Shown here: positions 9,733-20,486 of the stretch, piece after piece
Layout: every line of letters begins with the position of its first letter
How positions within the stretch are numbered: position 1 is the stretch's first letter
NCBI GenBank assembly: GCA_045605805.1
Contig: JAZUQR010000007.1
Coordinates: 1-62,999, forward strand
Origin: Alphaproteobacteria bacterium
GTDB taxonomy: Bacteria > Pseudomonadota > Alphaproteobacteria > CAAHEQ01 > UBA3637
Direction of reading: 5' to 3'
Length of the DNA stretch: 62,999 nt
The notes under the pieces: model-generated
Told to the model about the DNA's origin: nothing
The model's database searches: none
The model's input: only the letters and a program-made list of their open reading frames with translations
Program-made: the position numbers and the translations under genes

Positions 9733-10094
9733 AAATTGACTGCTCCTTTGTCATTTGTCCAATCTGCTTTACGAACATAGGCCTGAAAAGAGGAAGTGTC
9801 CAACCATCCGGAAAACTCACAACGAATAGCCCCTTCTCCCGAATGCCCCTTGCCAGTAATAATTTGAACTTTTTTTGTCCCTTTTTGAAAATGAGTTGCC
9901 AAAAAATTCAAAGTTTCGGCATAAGCCTCTGCAAGTGTTTTGTGATGTAAATCCAATACACAGGGCAAAGTTTTTATAACACGATGCACCTTCAATTTGG
10001 GAGGCAAAGGAAAATCTGAGACACCAGACGGTAGCTGTTGTACCGTTAGTTTAAGTTTTTCCCAAAGTTCAAAATCACTTGTCTTCATCCTCAT
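9711..10094 (-). CDS. Smr/MutS2-domain protein
   Basis: LDLHH..., IITGKG, GA motifs; adjacent to mltA as in alphaproteobacteria. Confidence 0.85.
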   Translation of the reverse strand: MRMKTSDFELWEKLKLTVQQLPSGVSDFPLPPKLKVHRVIKTLPCVLDLHHKTLAEAYAETLNFLATHFQKGTKKVQIITGKGHSGEGAIRCEFSGWLDTSSFQAYVRKADWTNDKGAVNLWLKKNT

Positions 10095-11105
10095 CTACCT
10101 TGGCAAAAGCAAATAGTAAGAACCTTGTTGATTCATATGACCTGCCACATGAAAAGCAGCCGGTCCATAGCCCCAAAAGAAATCCGCACGAATGGGGCCT
10201 TTAATGGCGCTGCCTGTATCCTGTGCCAACATCAATTGTTGAATCACACCGCCATTCGGATTCGTTGTTTCTAACCACATAGGTGTATGCATCGGAATAT
10301 AATGGGTATCAACAGCCAAAGACCTTGCCGGAGTTAAAGTCACCCCCCCAGAGCCAATCGGCCCTTCCCCAATAATTTCCTTAAAAAAGATAAAACGATC
10401 GTTTTTTTGCATTAAATGACGAGCTGCATCTGGATGTGCCATACACCATTCTCGGATACGAGGCATAGAGTTTGCAACAGAAGGATCAATACCCTCCTCT
10501 TTCATAATCGCCCCAATACCTGTAAAAGGTCTGCCGTTATTGCCGGCATAGCCAAGCTGAATCACCTCACCATCCGGAGTCACCATACGCCCCGAACCTT
10601 GAACATGCATAATAAATAAATCTATGGGGTTGTCTGCCCAAGCAATAATGGGTAAATCCTCGTTCCCTTGTTCAATTGTTTTGCGTGTTGGATATTTCTT
10701 GTTGGGATAATATCCTTCTGGCAAACCATACACGGGGACTTGCGCCCCATTTTCATGATGGCGAGTGCCTGTTAATTCAGCCTCATAATAGCCGGTAATT
10801 TTCCCAAATTTTTGCCCCTTAGAAGTCACCTTGTATGGCCTTAAAGTCCCTTCAATTAAACTTCTTAAATCTGATTCAGAATGAACGGATTGAAGGCCGT
10901 AGCAAAACTTTTCATATCCTACTGGTGTCATTTGGCAGCTTTTTTTCATGGCTGGCAAAGCATTGATAAGATTATCTTCCTTCCAACCATGTAAATCCTC
11001 AAAATCGGCTTCGGTCACCATAAAACGCCTGCCCTTAGATAAATAATGAGAAGAAGAACACGCCGTTAAAAAAGAAAAAAACAATAAAGTCAATAACTTA
11101 TGCAA
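10095..11105 (-). CDS. mltA: Membrane-bound lytic murein transglycosylase A
   Basis: TGYYE, MHVQGSG, GYAGNNG, SLAVD, AQDTGSAIKG..RADFFWG; lipobox FLTAC; TTG start at 11105 behind GGAGG inferred. Confidence 0.92.
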   Translation of the reverse strand: MHKLLTLLFFSFLTACSSSHYLSKGRRFMVTEADFEDLHGWKEDNLINALPAMKKSCQMTPVGYEKFCYGLQSVHSESDLRSLIEGTLRPYKVTSKGQKFGKITGYYEAELTGTRHHENGAQVPVYGLPEGYYPNKKYPTRKTIEQGNEDLPIIAWADNPIDLFIMHVQGSGRMVTPDGEVIQLGYAGNNGRPFTGIGAIMKEEGIDPSVANSMPRIREWCMAHPDAARHLMQKNDRFIFFKEIIGEGPIGSGGVTLTPARSLAVDTHYIPMHTPMWLETTNPNGGVIQQLMLAQDTGSAIKGPIRADFFWGYGPAAFHVAGHMNQQGSYYLLLPR

Positions 11106-11667
11106 AATGTGCCTCCATATTTTCAATGGCACTGACCACCCACGCATTTTCACCTTTTTTTTCAAAGGTCCAATTTTCCGTCACCGTAGCCACATAAAGA
11201 GGATCCCCTTCAATGACATTATTATCTGCATCTTTTAATAAGTTCACTTGTTCTGTGGTAAAAGTCACAATTTTTTTGTTTGGCTCATCTGAGATAATCT
11301 TAACCTCCTTAAAACCAATTAAGCTGAACTCTGTTGTCTGTTTCAAGGAATCTCTTTGAGCAATCGCTTCTTGGAACACAGGCAAAACCTTTTCATTCAA
11401 ATAACTTTTTACGCAAGAAAGATGTCCTTTCGCAAAGGCATTGGCTACTTGGGAAAAAATAACTTTGGCCGTATGCGTAAAATCAAGTTGGATTTCCTTT
11501 TCAATAAGTTGAGTCATTGTTTCGGCATCCAAGGGAAAAGTTTGCCCAGTCTGTTTGCAAACCAAACAATAAGGTGTCTGTTTTTTGTTTCCTTCACGAA
11601 TGGCCAAAACAAAATGAACAATAAAAAAAACAATCAGTGCGCCCAAAAGAATATTGCTAAAATTCAT
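11098..11667 (-). CDS. Tim44/TimA-domain protein
   Basis: N-terminal TM, F...A...F...AF..G, VTF.TEQ, V.E.WTF.K; between mltA and secB. Confidence 0.85.
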   Translation of the reverse strand: MNFSNILLGALIVFFIVHFVLAIREGNKKQTPYCLVCKQTGQTFPLDAETMTQLIEKEIQLDFTHTAKVIFSQVANAFAKGHLSCVKSYLNEKVLPVFQEAIAQRDSLKQTTEFSLIGFKEVKIISDEPNKKIVTFTTEQVNLLKDADNNVIEGDPLYVATVTENWTFEKKGENAWVVSAIENMEAHFA

Positions 11668-11757
11668 TTTTTACCTTTACATTTAATTTTTTTTGTTGAA
11701 TAATACACTTACTAGTAAACCAAATTTTCAAACTTTTTTCAAGAGGATTTTATAAAA

Positions 11758-12249
11758 ATGACAGAAAATACACAAAATACCAACCAAGAACAACCCATCT
11801 CTATGCAAATCAATGCTCAATATGTGAAGGATTTGTCTTTTGAAGCCCCTGCGATGCCTCACGCCTTGCTCACTTTAACAGAGGCACCTGAAATCAACAT
11901 AAATGTGGATATTGGCGCACACAAGGCAGACGACAAAAATCATTATACCGTTGATTTGAAATTAAAAATCCAAGCAACAAATATAAAAGAAAATAAGCCA
12001 CTATTTTTGTGTGAATTAGTATATGGTGGATTACTAACAATACAAGCACCGGAAACACATATAGAACCGTTATTGTTGGTAGAAGGGCCACGCATGTTGT
12101 TCCCATATGCTCGGGCAATTATCGGCAACCTTGTGCGTGAATCTGGTTTCCCTTCTTTGCAAATCAACCCAATTGATTTTGCCGGCTTATATCAAGCAAG
12201 ATTGAAACAAAAAGAAGCACAGGCAAATCAAACAAATAAGGATGTATAA
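11758..12249 (+). CDS. secB: Protein-export chaperone SecB
   Basis: INAQYVKDLSFEAP, LFPYAR, GFP.L...PIDF. Confidence 0.95.
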   Translation: MTENTQNTNQEQPISMQINAQYVKDLSFEAPAMPHALLTLTEAPEININVDIGAHKADDKNHYTVDLKLKIQATNIKENKPLFLCELVYGGLLTIQAPETHIEPLLLVEGPRMLFPYARAIIGNLVRESGFPSLQINPIDFAGLYQARLKQKEAQANQTNKDV

Positions 12250-12548
12250 TGTTTTTATTTTTATCATTGGGATTTTTATCCGGCATATCACTTATTATAT
12301 ATAAGGGGTTGTATTTAGGGCCATGGCCTCAGGCTTTGCAAATTATGATAAGCTGTATTACAGCTGCTTTAATTATCTATTTTATTCTGCGAGTTTTAGT
12401 TGGCGTAGGTGGTTTTTTGTTCAAATTAGCTTTTTTGGCTTTGATTATTGGTGCCGTCTTCTTTGGTGGCAAAAAAGTTTGGTACAGATATCTGCCAAAT
12501 CAACCAATAAAAATCCCAACTGAAATAGGTATAACAAATGTTCGGTAA
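12249..12548 (+). CDS. Hypothetical membrane protein (99 aa)
   Basis: Coupled to secB (TAATG); about three hydrophobic segments. Confidence 0.7.
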   Translation: MFLFLSLGFLSGISLIIYKGLYLGPWPQALQIMISCITAALIIYFILRVLVGVGGFLFKLAFLALIIGAVFFGGKKVWYRYLPNQPIKIPTEIGITNVR

Positions 12549-12553
12549 AGCAA

Positions 12554-12970
12554 ATGGAATGGATTGTTAAAACAGAAAGTGAAACAAAACAAGTGGCAAA
12601 AATAATTGCCCCCCTTTTACAATCAGGGGATGTAGTGGCTTTACAAGGGACATTAGGTGTAGGAAAAACCACCTTCACAAGAGCATTAGTTCAATGTTTA
12701 ACACATGAAAAAACTGATGTTCCAAGCCCAACATTCACCCTTTTACAAACATATGAAACACCTGATTTTACACTGTACCACTTTGATTTTTACAGGTTAA
12801 AATCCCCCCAAGAAGCATATGAAGTGGGGATAGAAGATGCTTTTGAACAAGGGGTGTCCGTCATAGAATGGCCCGAAAAAATCGGCCGACTGATGCCTAA
12901 AAGGCATAAAACAATATCGTTTGAAATCATGAATGATGGTACAAGAAAAATCTCAACACAAGGATTTTGA
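12554..12970 (+). CDS. tsaE: tRNA threonylcarbamoyladenosine ATPase TsaE
   Basis: GTLGVGKTT, VPSPTFTL, HFDFYRL, IEWPE. Confidence 0.96.
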   Translation: MEWIVKTESETKQVAKIIAPLLQSGDVVALQGTLGVGKTTFTRALVQCLTHEKTDVPSPTFTLLQTYETPDFTLYHFDFYRLKSPQEAYEVGIEDAFEQGVSVIEWPEKIGRLMPKRHKTISFEIMNDGTRKISTQGF

Positions 12971-13936
12971 ATGAAAGATAGAAACTTTTATCTAAATTGT
13001 TTTTTGAAAAAACATCATATTTCACAAATTCAATGGCTGTCCGGTGATGCCTCTACAAGACGCTATGCCCGTGTGACAAAAAAGAATAAAAGCTATATTT
13101 TAATGGACAGCCCTCTTTCAGAAAAGCCAAAAGAGTTTGTTCTGGTGGACAAGATATTGCGTAAGCACTATATCTCTGCCCCCAAAATATATGCCAAATC
13201 GTTGCGTCATGGTTTTATGTTGTTGGAAGATTTTGGCTCAGAAAATCTGTCTCAAAGTGTTAAAGATAAATCAAAAGCCGATGAGTTGTATATTTTGGCC
13301 TTAGACACACTTATCCGGCTTCAAAAAAATGTCACAGAACACCATCGATTTGAAAACGGTCTGCCTTTAATGATAGAACAAACAAACCTTTTTATTGAAT
13401 ACTATGTGCCAAAAATCTTAAACATTTCTTTATCCCAACAAGCACAAGATGAATTCAAATCAATTTGGTACCGTCTGTTGAAACAAACCGAACAATTGCC
13501 ACAAACATTGATGTTGTATGATTATCATTTGGATAACATTATGTTAAAAAAAGATAACACATTGGGTTTGCTTGATTTTCAAGATGCTATGCGTGGTTGT
13601 GTTTTTTATGATTTGGTTTCCTTAGTGGAAGATGAACGCTATCCGTTGCCGTTAAATAAACGAAATGCTCTTTACCGTCACTATTTTGAATTATGTCCCG
13701 TTTTGGCCACATCAAAGTATGCCGATTTTGTGCCTGTTGTGGCGGCGCATCGTCACACAAGAGTGATGGGAATCTTTGCCCGATTAGCCATCAAGTATCA
13801 TAAAGAAAACTATTTGAAATATATTCCAAATGATTGGGATTTTTTGAAAGAAAATCTAAAATCTCCTTTACTTAAAGATTATAAAAAATGGCTGGAAACA
13901 TATCTGCCTCAGCAAATGAAAGATGTATATAAATAA
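12971..13936 (+). CDS. amgK: N-acetylmuramate/N-acetylglucosamine kinase (APH-like phosphotransferase)
   Basis: GDASTRRYAR, LLEDFG, DYH.DN.M, LDFQDA, GIFARL; follows tsaE. Confidence 0.82.
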   Translation: MKDRNFYLNCFLKKHHISQIQWLSGDASTRRYARVTKKNKSYILMDSPLSEKPKEFVLVDKILRKHYISAPKIYAKSLRHGFMLLEDFGSENLSQSVKDKSKADELYILALDTLIRLQKNVTEHHRFENGLPLMIEQTNLFIEYYVPKILNISLSQQAQDEFKSIWYRLLKQTEQLPQTLMLYDYHLDNIMLKKDNTLGLLDFQDAMRGCVFYDLVSLVEDERYPLPLNKRNALYRHYFELCPVLATSKYADFVPVVAAHRHTRVMGIFARLAIKYHKENYLKYIPNDWDFLKENLKSPLLKDYKKWLETYLPQQMKDVYK

Positions 13937-16636
13937 ATGATGTATGGCGTTTCGTTTTCGGAAAGTTTGGCACAAGCGTTGGCAACAGATTTGCTGGATC
14001 GTTATCACGACAACCCATTTCAATTGGCTCAAATTCAAATTGTTGTGCCAACAAAACGTGCCTGTCTAACCCTTAAAAATGCTTTTATGAAATTGGCCCC
14101 AAAGCAAGCCTTACTCTTGCCCAAAATGAACCCTCTCTATGAATTAGATATATTGGACGAATCTATCCCCCCTGCACTGGATAATTTACAAAGAATCGCC
14201 TTGCTTGCTAAATTATGTGAAGCGAAACCCAATATATTATCATATGAACAAGCCTTAAAAATGGCCATCAGCCTAACAGAATTGTTAGATACAGCATATC
14301 AATACGATCTTGATTTATCCAATATAAATCAATTAGTTGAAACAGAACAATTTGCCTCACATTGGCAGCAAACCGTTTCATTTTTGGATATCTTGCATAC
14401 CCATTGGCCAAAGATTTTGGCAGAACGAGGAAAAATAGATAAAATGGACAGAACGGTGCGTTTAATCCGAAAGTTCACCGAAAAAATAAAACAAAATCCA
14501 AATCAAACAATCGTCTTGGCAGGTTTTAACGACCTTTTTCCCGCCGTAAAGGAGTTGATTCAAACCGCCAATCAAAACAAAAACAATTTGATTTTACAGG
14601 ATAATTTTTACGAAGAAACAAAAGAAACACCTTTCTATACCGATAAGCATTTACCACAAGAACAAGCGGTGATTCAAGCCCTGACACAAGACAGTTGGGA
14701 AAATATCCATCTAAGTGAAAAAACATTTGAAAATGTCAAACTTATCAATGCAAACACAACAACCGAAGAAGCCTTGACCATTGCCCTGCTGTTGCGACAA
14801 GCCTTAGAAACGCCCAATCAAACGGCCGCATTGGTGACCACAGATAGAAATCTGTCACGGCAGGTTATCTCACAAATGCACCGGTGGCATATTGAACTTG
14901 ATGATTCGGCCGGAACGCCGTTGAATCACACATCAATCGGTTTGTTTTTTCAGCTTATTGTAAATGTGGGCTTAAAGCCAAATGGAGAAAACTATCTGGC
15001 GTTATTAAAACACCCCCTTGCGGCAGATGGACTCTTGCCAACCGATTTGCGACAGCTCATCCAAAAACAAGAAAAAATGTTGCGACAAAAGAAACGCCCG
15101 TGGGAGTTCCCGCTTAAAACAGATTTTACCGATTGGATTCAAATTTTCCAAACAAAAGAAACGGTTGCATTTGAAAAAATAATTGTCAAACATATTGAAC
15201 TGGCCGAAAGTCTTGCAACCAGTGCCGACCGTAGCGCAGCCGAACGCCTGTGGGATTCCGATGCCGGTAAACAAATGTATCAATTTTTACTGGAATTAAA
15301 AGAGCAATCTGATCTGATTGGAAAAATTGAACCCAAAAGCTATCCTGAGATTTTGAAATTATGTATGCAACAAATTGCTGTTCGCCCCCGATATGGCACA
15401 CACCCAAGATTAGATATTCTGGGCCCGATTGAAGCAAGATTTCATCATCCGGATGTTTGTGTTATTGGTGGCTTGAATGAAGGCATTTTTCCACCACTTC
15501 CTGAAACAGGACCATGGTTAAATCGCCCCATGCGCCAAAAATTGGAATTACCATCCCCAGAAGAAAAAATCAAAACCCTATCCTTGGACTTTGCACATTG
15601 TTTTTGTTCCCAGCAGGTCTATCTCACCCGATCCCAAAAAGCAGATGGCACACAAACAGTTCCTTCTCGCTTTATCTCTCGCCTTAAAGCAGTGGCACAA
15701 ATCAATCAAATCAAGTTGCCGGAATATCAAGCAAATCTTTGTGTCTTAATGGATAAACCCGCAACCTATGAAACACCACTCAGACCTGCCCCAACACCAC
15801 CAGTTGAAGTACGCCCAACCAAATTACCCGTCACACAAATAGAGATGTGGCGAAGAAATCCATATGCTATATATGCCAGATATATTTTGAAACTATATCC
15901 TCTGCAAGTCCTTGAAAAGGAAACACAAACCTCAGATTTTGGTATCTATATACACGAAATCTTGGAAAGGTTTTTCAAAGAAAATCCTCAGTCACAAGAT
16001 AAAAATATATTGCTTCAAACCGCAAAAGAAGTGTTTCATAGCAAGCCCTTGTCTGAAACTGAAATCAAAATAATGCTGATGAAGTTTTCTGCCATTGCCG
16101 ATTTTATCATAGCGCAACAAATGCAACCAAATACCATTCAAAACAGTCAAACAGAAGAAGAATTGGAACACACTTTTGATATACAAGGAATCCCCTTCAC
16201 ACTCTATGGCACTGCCGACAGAATAGATAAACTGGAAAACAATACCTTTGGGATATTGGATTATAAAACCTATACACCACCAAGCAAAAAAGAAGTAATT
16301 GCCGGCTATTCTCCGCAGTTATCATTGGAAGCACTGTTGTTGAAAGAACAAAAGAGTTGTGCTGTCTCTAATTTAACATATTGGTATCTCTCAAATAAAA
16401 AGAATGCCTCAAAAGCAATTCAGATTACCCAAACAACCGATGAAACAAACGAAGTGATTGAAAACACAAAAAAAGGCCTTGCTGATATGGTGATCGCCTT
16501 CCGAAACGAAAACACCCCATATGAAGTGTGTCCAATTCCTTCACAAGCGCCACACTATAACGATTATGCTCATTTAGCACGTATGCAGGAATGGGCAACC
16601 GAATCAGAAGATACACCATCGGAGGACGAAGAATGA
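13937..16636 (+). CDS. addB: Double-strand break repair protein AddB
   Basis: VPTKRA, TAALVT.DRNL, DDSAG.PL, ILGPIEAR, nuclease GTADRID...DYKT, DYAHLAR..EW. Confidence 0.93.
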   Translation: MMYGVSFSESLAQALATDLLDRYHDNPFQLAQIQIVVPTKRACLTLKNAFMKLAPKQALLLPKMNPLYELDILDESIPPALDNLQRIALLAKLCEAKPNILSYEQALKMAISLTELLDTAYQYDLDLSNINQLVETEQFASHWQQTVSFLDILHTHWPKILAERGKIDKMDRTVRLIRKFTEKIKQNPNQTIVLAGFNDLFPAVKELIQTANQNKNNLILQDNFYEETKETPFYTDKHLPQEQAVIQALTQDSWENIHLSEKTFENVKLINANTTTEEALTIALLLRQALETPNQTAALVTTDRNLSRQVISQMHRWHIELDDSAGTPLNHTSIGLFFQLIVNVGLKPNGENYLALLKHPLAADGLLPTDLRQLIQKQEKMLRQKKRPWEFPLKTDFTDWIQIFQTKETVAFEKIIVKHIELAESLATSADRSAAERLWDSDAGKQMYQFLLELKEQSDLIGKIEPKSYPEILKLCMQQIAVRPRYGTHPRLDILGPIEARFHHPDVCVIGGLNEGIFPPLPETGPWLNRPMRQKLELPSPEEKIKTLSLDFAHCFCSQQVYLTRSQKADGTQTVPSRFISRLKAVAQINQIKLPEYQANLCVLMDKPATYETPLRPAPTPPVEVRPTKLPVTQIEMWRRNPYAIYARYILKLYPLQVLEKETQTSDFGIYIHEILERFFKENPQSQDKNILLQTAKEVFHSKPLSETEIKIMLMKFSAIADFIIAQQMQPNTIQNSQTEEELEHTFDIQGIPFTLYGTADRIDKLENNTFGILDYKTYTPPSKKEVIAGYSPQLSLEALLLKEQKSCAVSNLTYWYLSNKKNASKAIQITQTTDETNEVIENTKKGLADMVIAFRNENTPYEVCPIPSQAPHYNDYAHLARMQEWATESEDTPSEDEE

Positions 16637-19600
16637 CCCTTGTTAATCAAGAACAAAATCAAGCAAGCAATCCTTTTGACTCTGTCTGGGTTTCGGCCTC
16701 AGCGGGTACAGGAAAAACAAAAGTGTTAACCGATCGTGTGTTGCGATTACTGTTGCAAACCTCTCAACCGGACAAGATTTTATGTATTACTTTCACAAAA
16801 GCAGCCGCAGCAGAAATGGAAAATCGCCTCAGCAATGTCTTAAAAAATTGGGCCACCTGCTCGGAAACAGATTTAATACAGGAAATTGAAACTTTAACAT
16901 CGGAAACACCAGACAAAGACCAACTTCAAACCGCTCGCAGGCTGTTCGCAAAAACCTTGGAAACAGCAGGCGGAATGAAAATTATGACCATTCACAGTTT
17001 TTGCCAATCTATTTTGAAAAGATTTCCTTTGGAAGCCGATGTTCCACCACATTTTGAAGTAATTGACGACCTTATTGCCCACAGCATGAAAGAAGAAATC
17101 TTAAATGAAGTGCTTGCCGCCAACGATTTGCAAAATGATATTCAAGAACTAACCTATCTTATCTCGCCCAATGCATTACTGGATTTGTTGGGGCGGATTT
17201 TGAATGAAACCCCTCGTCTGTTTAAGCTGACAGAACGCTATCCCGGCAGTTTAGATTCTGTGATATATGCCATAAAGCAATACTTTAACATTCAAAAATA
17301 TTCATCTGAAAAACAAATAATAAATGAAATATGTTTGGAAGAAGAATGGGAAGAAACAAAACAAGAATATCTGACAAAAGCGGATACAGTAAGAGACAAG
17401 AAAAAAGACGAAGAAAAAGCCTATCAGGTTTTTGATACACAACAAAAATTATTGGCTTTTCAAACAACAAAAGCAACCCAAACACTGTTAAAAATTGCCA
17501 TGCGAGTTGTGGAAGAATACCAAACTTTGAAAAACAAAAATGCCCTGCTTGACTATGCCGACTTAATCAACAAAACAAACAATCTTCTGTCAAAATCAAG
17601 CATGACAAGTTGGGTACTGTATAAACTGGATGGTGGCATAGACCATATTTTGGTTGACGAAGCACAAGACACAAACAAAGAACAATGGGAAATCATCAAA
17701 GCCATTTCCGAAGAGTTTTTTAGTGGAGAAGGACGATCAGATTATTTACGCACCCTCTTTGTGGTGGGGGATAAAAAACAATCTATTTACAGCTTTCAAG
17801 GGGCTGATCCTTTCGCTTTTGAACAAATGCGCAACCACTTTGAACAGCGCATCATTGAAAGTCAAAACACATTCAAAAATGTGATGTTAAACTATTCTTT
17901 CCGATCCACCGAACCTGTTCTCAGATTGGTCAACTACCTTTTGGAAAATGAACAAGCCAAAAATGGCGTTTTGTTTAATACCGAACAAGCCTATCATTTG
18001 ACCAACAGAACACAAGATGCAGGTCTTGTTGAAATTTGGCCCCCTGAAGAACCCCAAAAAACAGACAAACCAGACCCTTGGAAGCCACCGGTTGAACGGC
18101 AAGAAAATGAATCAGCGATGAAGCGTCTGATAAATAAAATTGCCGATAAAATTGAAAGTCTTATCGCAAAAGAATGGTTGCCTTCGCAAAACAGATTGAT
18201 TGAACCGAAAGATATTTTAATCCTGCTTCAAAAACGCAGCACAATGATGTCCGAAATCGTTCGTACATTGCGTCAACGGCAAATACCCATTGCCGGTGTA
18301 GACAGATTGGCATTAAGTAATCACTTGGCAATTCAAGATTTAATCGCCCTCACCGAATTTGTTTTGCAACCGTCTAATGATTTGAATTTGGCTAACTTGA
18401 TAAAAAGCCCCATTATCAATTTGAAAGAAACAGACCTCTATCAAATATGTGTCAATCGGGAAAATCAAACGGTTTGGCACCAAATGCAAAAAAAATACCC
18501 TCAAGAGGCCAACATACTAAAAAAAATAACAAATTTGGCTGATAAAACACCTCCCTTTGAATTTTACAGCACCATTTTGGGAGCATTAAATATGCGCCAA
18601 AAGTTTATCGCCCGTTTTGGCGAGGAGGTCAATGAAGCTCTGGATGAGTTTTTGAATCTTGTCTTAAAGTTTGAACAAACAAACACCCCCTCTTTGCAAT
18701 TGTTTTTGAATTGGTTTTTGAAACATGAAATTGAAATCAAGCGAGATTTAGATAACTCTGAAACAAATGCCGTTCGGATTATGACAGTTCATGGATCCAA
18801 AGGCTTGCAAGGCAATATCGTTTTTTTGCCTGATACACGAAGTGGGCGTTCGGGCAACACAAAAGGCGGAGAATTGATTTGGCTGAACGATATTCTGCCG
18901 GTGTGGATTCCAAATGCAGCCATGCGACCAAGCAAAATCCAAGACCTGTTAAAAGAAAAGAAAAAATTGGATTATCAAGAACGTCGTCGCCTACTTTATG
19001 TGGCGCTTACCCGAGCCAGTGACAGACTTTATATCTGTGGCTTTGGTAAACCAAGTGATAATAATTGGTATGATTTAATTTTGAATGCCTTACCACAAGA
19101 AATACAACCTGATAAAAATGGTATCATCAAATGGCAATCAGAACAACAAAAACAAAATGCAGTAAAAACTTATACAACATGGGAAAAAGATTATGAACAA
19201 ATCCCAGATTGGGCCATGAAAAATCCCCCCAGTGAAACACCCATTCAACGCCCTATTTTCCCAAGCAAACTGGGAGAAAATGACACAGAAGACCCCATCG
19301 TTTCGGCAAACGACAAACAACAAGAACTTGCCTTAAAACGAGGTACCTTTTTACACTATTTATTGCAACTTTTACCCACAATTCCCATGGAAAAGCGTTT
19401 AGAAACCGCCCAAAAACTGTGTCCAAAAGAAATAGAATTACCAACAAATCTGATGGAAATCTTCACTCGCCCTATCTTAAAAGATTTGTTTGGCGAAAAC
19501 TCTTTAGCCGAAGTACCGGTGATCGGCACAATTGAAAATCAAGTTGTTTCCGGACAAATAGACCGTTTGATTATAACACCAACCGAAGTGAAAATAGTTG

Positions 19601-19758
19601 ATTTCAAAACAAATCGCATTATCCCTAAAAAAGTGCCACAAACATATAAAAAACAACTGGAAGCATATAAACACTTGCTAAAAGATATTTTTCCTGATAA
19701 GATAATCAGAACATATATTTTATGGACACAAACATTGTTTTTTGAGGAGATTGAATGA
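16633..19758 (+). CDS. addA: Double-strand break repair helicase/nuclease AddA
   Basis: VSASAGTGKT, LVDEAQDT, VGDKKQSIYSFQGA, MTVHGSKGL, GQIDRL...DFKT; ATG at 16633 overlapping the addB stop. Confidence 0.95.
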   Translation: MTLVNQEQNQASNPFDSVWVSASAGTGKTKVLTDRVLRLLLQTSQPDKILCITFTKAAAAEMENRLSNVLKNWATCSETDLIQEIETLTSETPDKDQLQTARRLFAKTLETAGGMKIMTIHSFCQSILKRFPLEADVPPHFEVIDDLIAHSMKEEILNEVLAANDLQNDIQELTYLISPNALLDLLGRILNETPRLFKLTERYPGSLDSVIYAIKQYFNIQKYSSEKQIINEICLEEEWEETKQEYLTKADTVRDKKKDEEKAYQVFDTQQKLLAFQTTKATQTLLKIAMRVVEEYQTLKNKNALLDYADLINKTNNLLSKSSMTSWVLYKLDGGIDHILVDEAQDTNKEQWEIIKAISEEFFSGEGRSDYLRTLFVVGDKKQSIYSFQGADPFAFEQMRNHFEQRIIESQNTFKNVMLNYSFRSTEPVLRLVNYLLENEQAKNGVLFNTEQAYHLTNRTQDAGLVEIWPPEEPQKTDKPDPWKPPVERQENESAMKRLINKIADKIESLIAKEWLPSQNRLIEPKDILILLQKRSTMMSEIVRTLRQRQIPIAGVDRLALSNHLAIQDLIALTEFVLQPSNDLNLANLIKSPIINLKETDLYQICVNRENQTVWHQMQKKYPQEANILKKITNLADKTPPFEFYSTILGALNMRQKFIARFGEEVNEALDEFLNLVLKFEQTNTPSLQLFLNWFLKHEIEIKRDLDNSETNAVRIMTVHGSKGLQGNIVFLPDTRSGRSGNTKGGELIWLNDILPVWIPNAAMRPSKIQDLLKEKKKLDYQERRRLLYVALTRASDRLYICGFGKPSDNNWYDLILNALPQEIQPDKNGIIKWQSEQQKQNAVKTYTTWEKDYEQIPDWAMKNPPSETPIQRPIFPSKLGENDTEDPIVSANDKQQELALKRGTFLHYLLQLLPTIPMEKRLETAQKLCPKEIELPTNLMEIFTRPILKDLFGENSLAEVPVIGTIENQVVSGQIDRLIITPTEVKIVDFKTNRIIPKKVPQTYKKQLEAYKHLLKDIFPDKIIRTYILWTQTLFFEEIE

Positions 19759-20486
19759 AAAAATCCGCCATTGTATTCGGTTCAATTTTATTAAACGCAT
19801 GCGTTTTTCATCCATCCTTGGAAAATTTTGAAGCAAAAGAAATTAAAACCGAAAAATTGACTCTTGCCGTGTGGGAAAAAAATACCATTCAAAAAGGCAA
19901 ACCAATGCGCCTTTATATTGAAGGAGATGGCAATCCCAATCCCAAACATCAAATTGCCAAAGAGTTTGCCATAAAAGATACCTCTTCAAATGTCATTTAC
20001 ATTGCCCGCCCCTGTCAATGGGTTCAAGACAAGATATGCAAAACAACCCCTGACATTTACAAAGAAGCAAAGTTCCATCCAGAACTTATGAAGGAAATGA
20101 CAGAATTGACACAATATCTTGTTCACAAACATCAAGCACCATCCGTTGAAATAATTGGCTATGATGGGGGGGCGGTTGTTGCCTTAAATATAGCACCCAA
20201 ACTGCCCACCAATAAAATTATTACAATTGCCGGTATAACAGATACAACTCTGTATCAGCAATATCATGAAATAACTTTGTCCGAAGAAACAGAAAATCCA
20301 ACTGACAATTTGCTTGTGCTGGAATCCATCCCCCAAATACATTATGTTGGTAAAGACGATACTGTCACACCACAGTATTTAACAGAACGTTTCGTACGCC
20401 AAATGAAAAACCCCAAATCGGCTGTTGTAAAAGTTATACCGGATACAAACCATACAAATTGGAGGGGCATAACGCTGGATTATTGA
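19755..20486 (+). CDS. Alpha/beta-hydrolase-fold lipoprotein
   Basis: Lipobox LLNAC; YIEGDG, YIARPCQ, elbow IGYDGG, D.V, terminal H. Confidence 0.8.
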   Translation: MKKSAIVFGSILLNACVFHPSLENFEAKEIKTEKLTLAVWEKNTIQKGKPMRLYIEGDGNPNPKHQIAKEFAIKDTSSNVIYIARPCQWVQDKICKTTPDIYKEAKFHPELMKEMTELTQYLVHKHQAPSVEIIGYDGGAVVALNIAPKLPTNKIITIAGITDTTLYQQYHEITLSEETENPTDNLLVLESIPQIHYVGKDDTVTPQYLTERFVRQMKNPKSAVVKVIPDTNHTNWRGITLDY

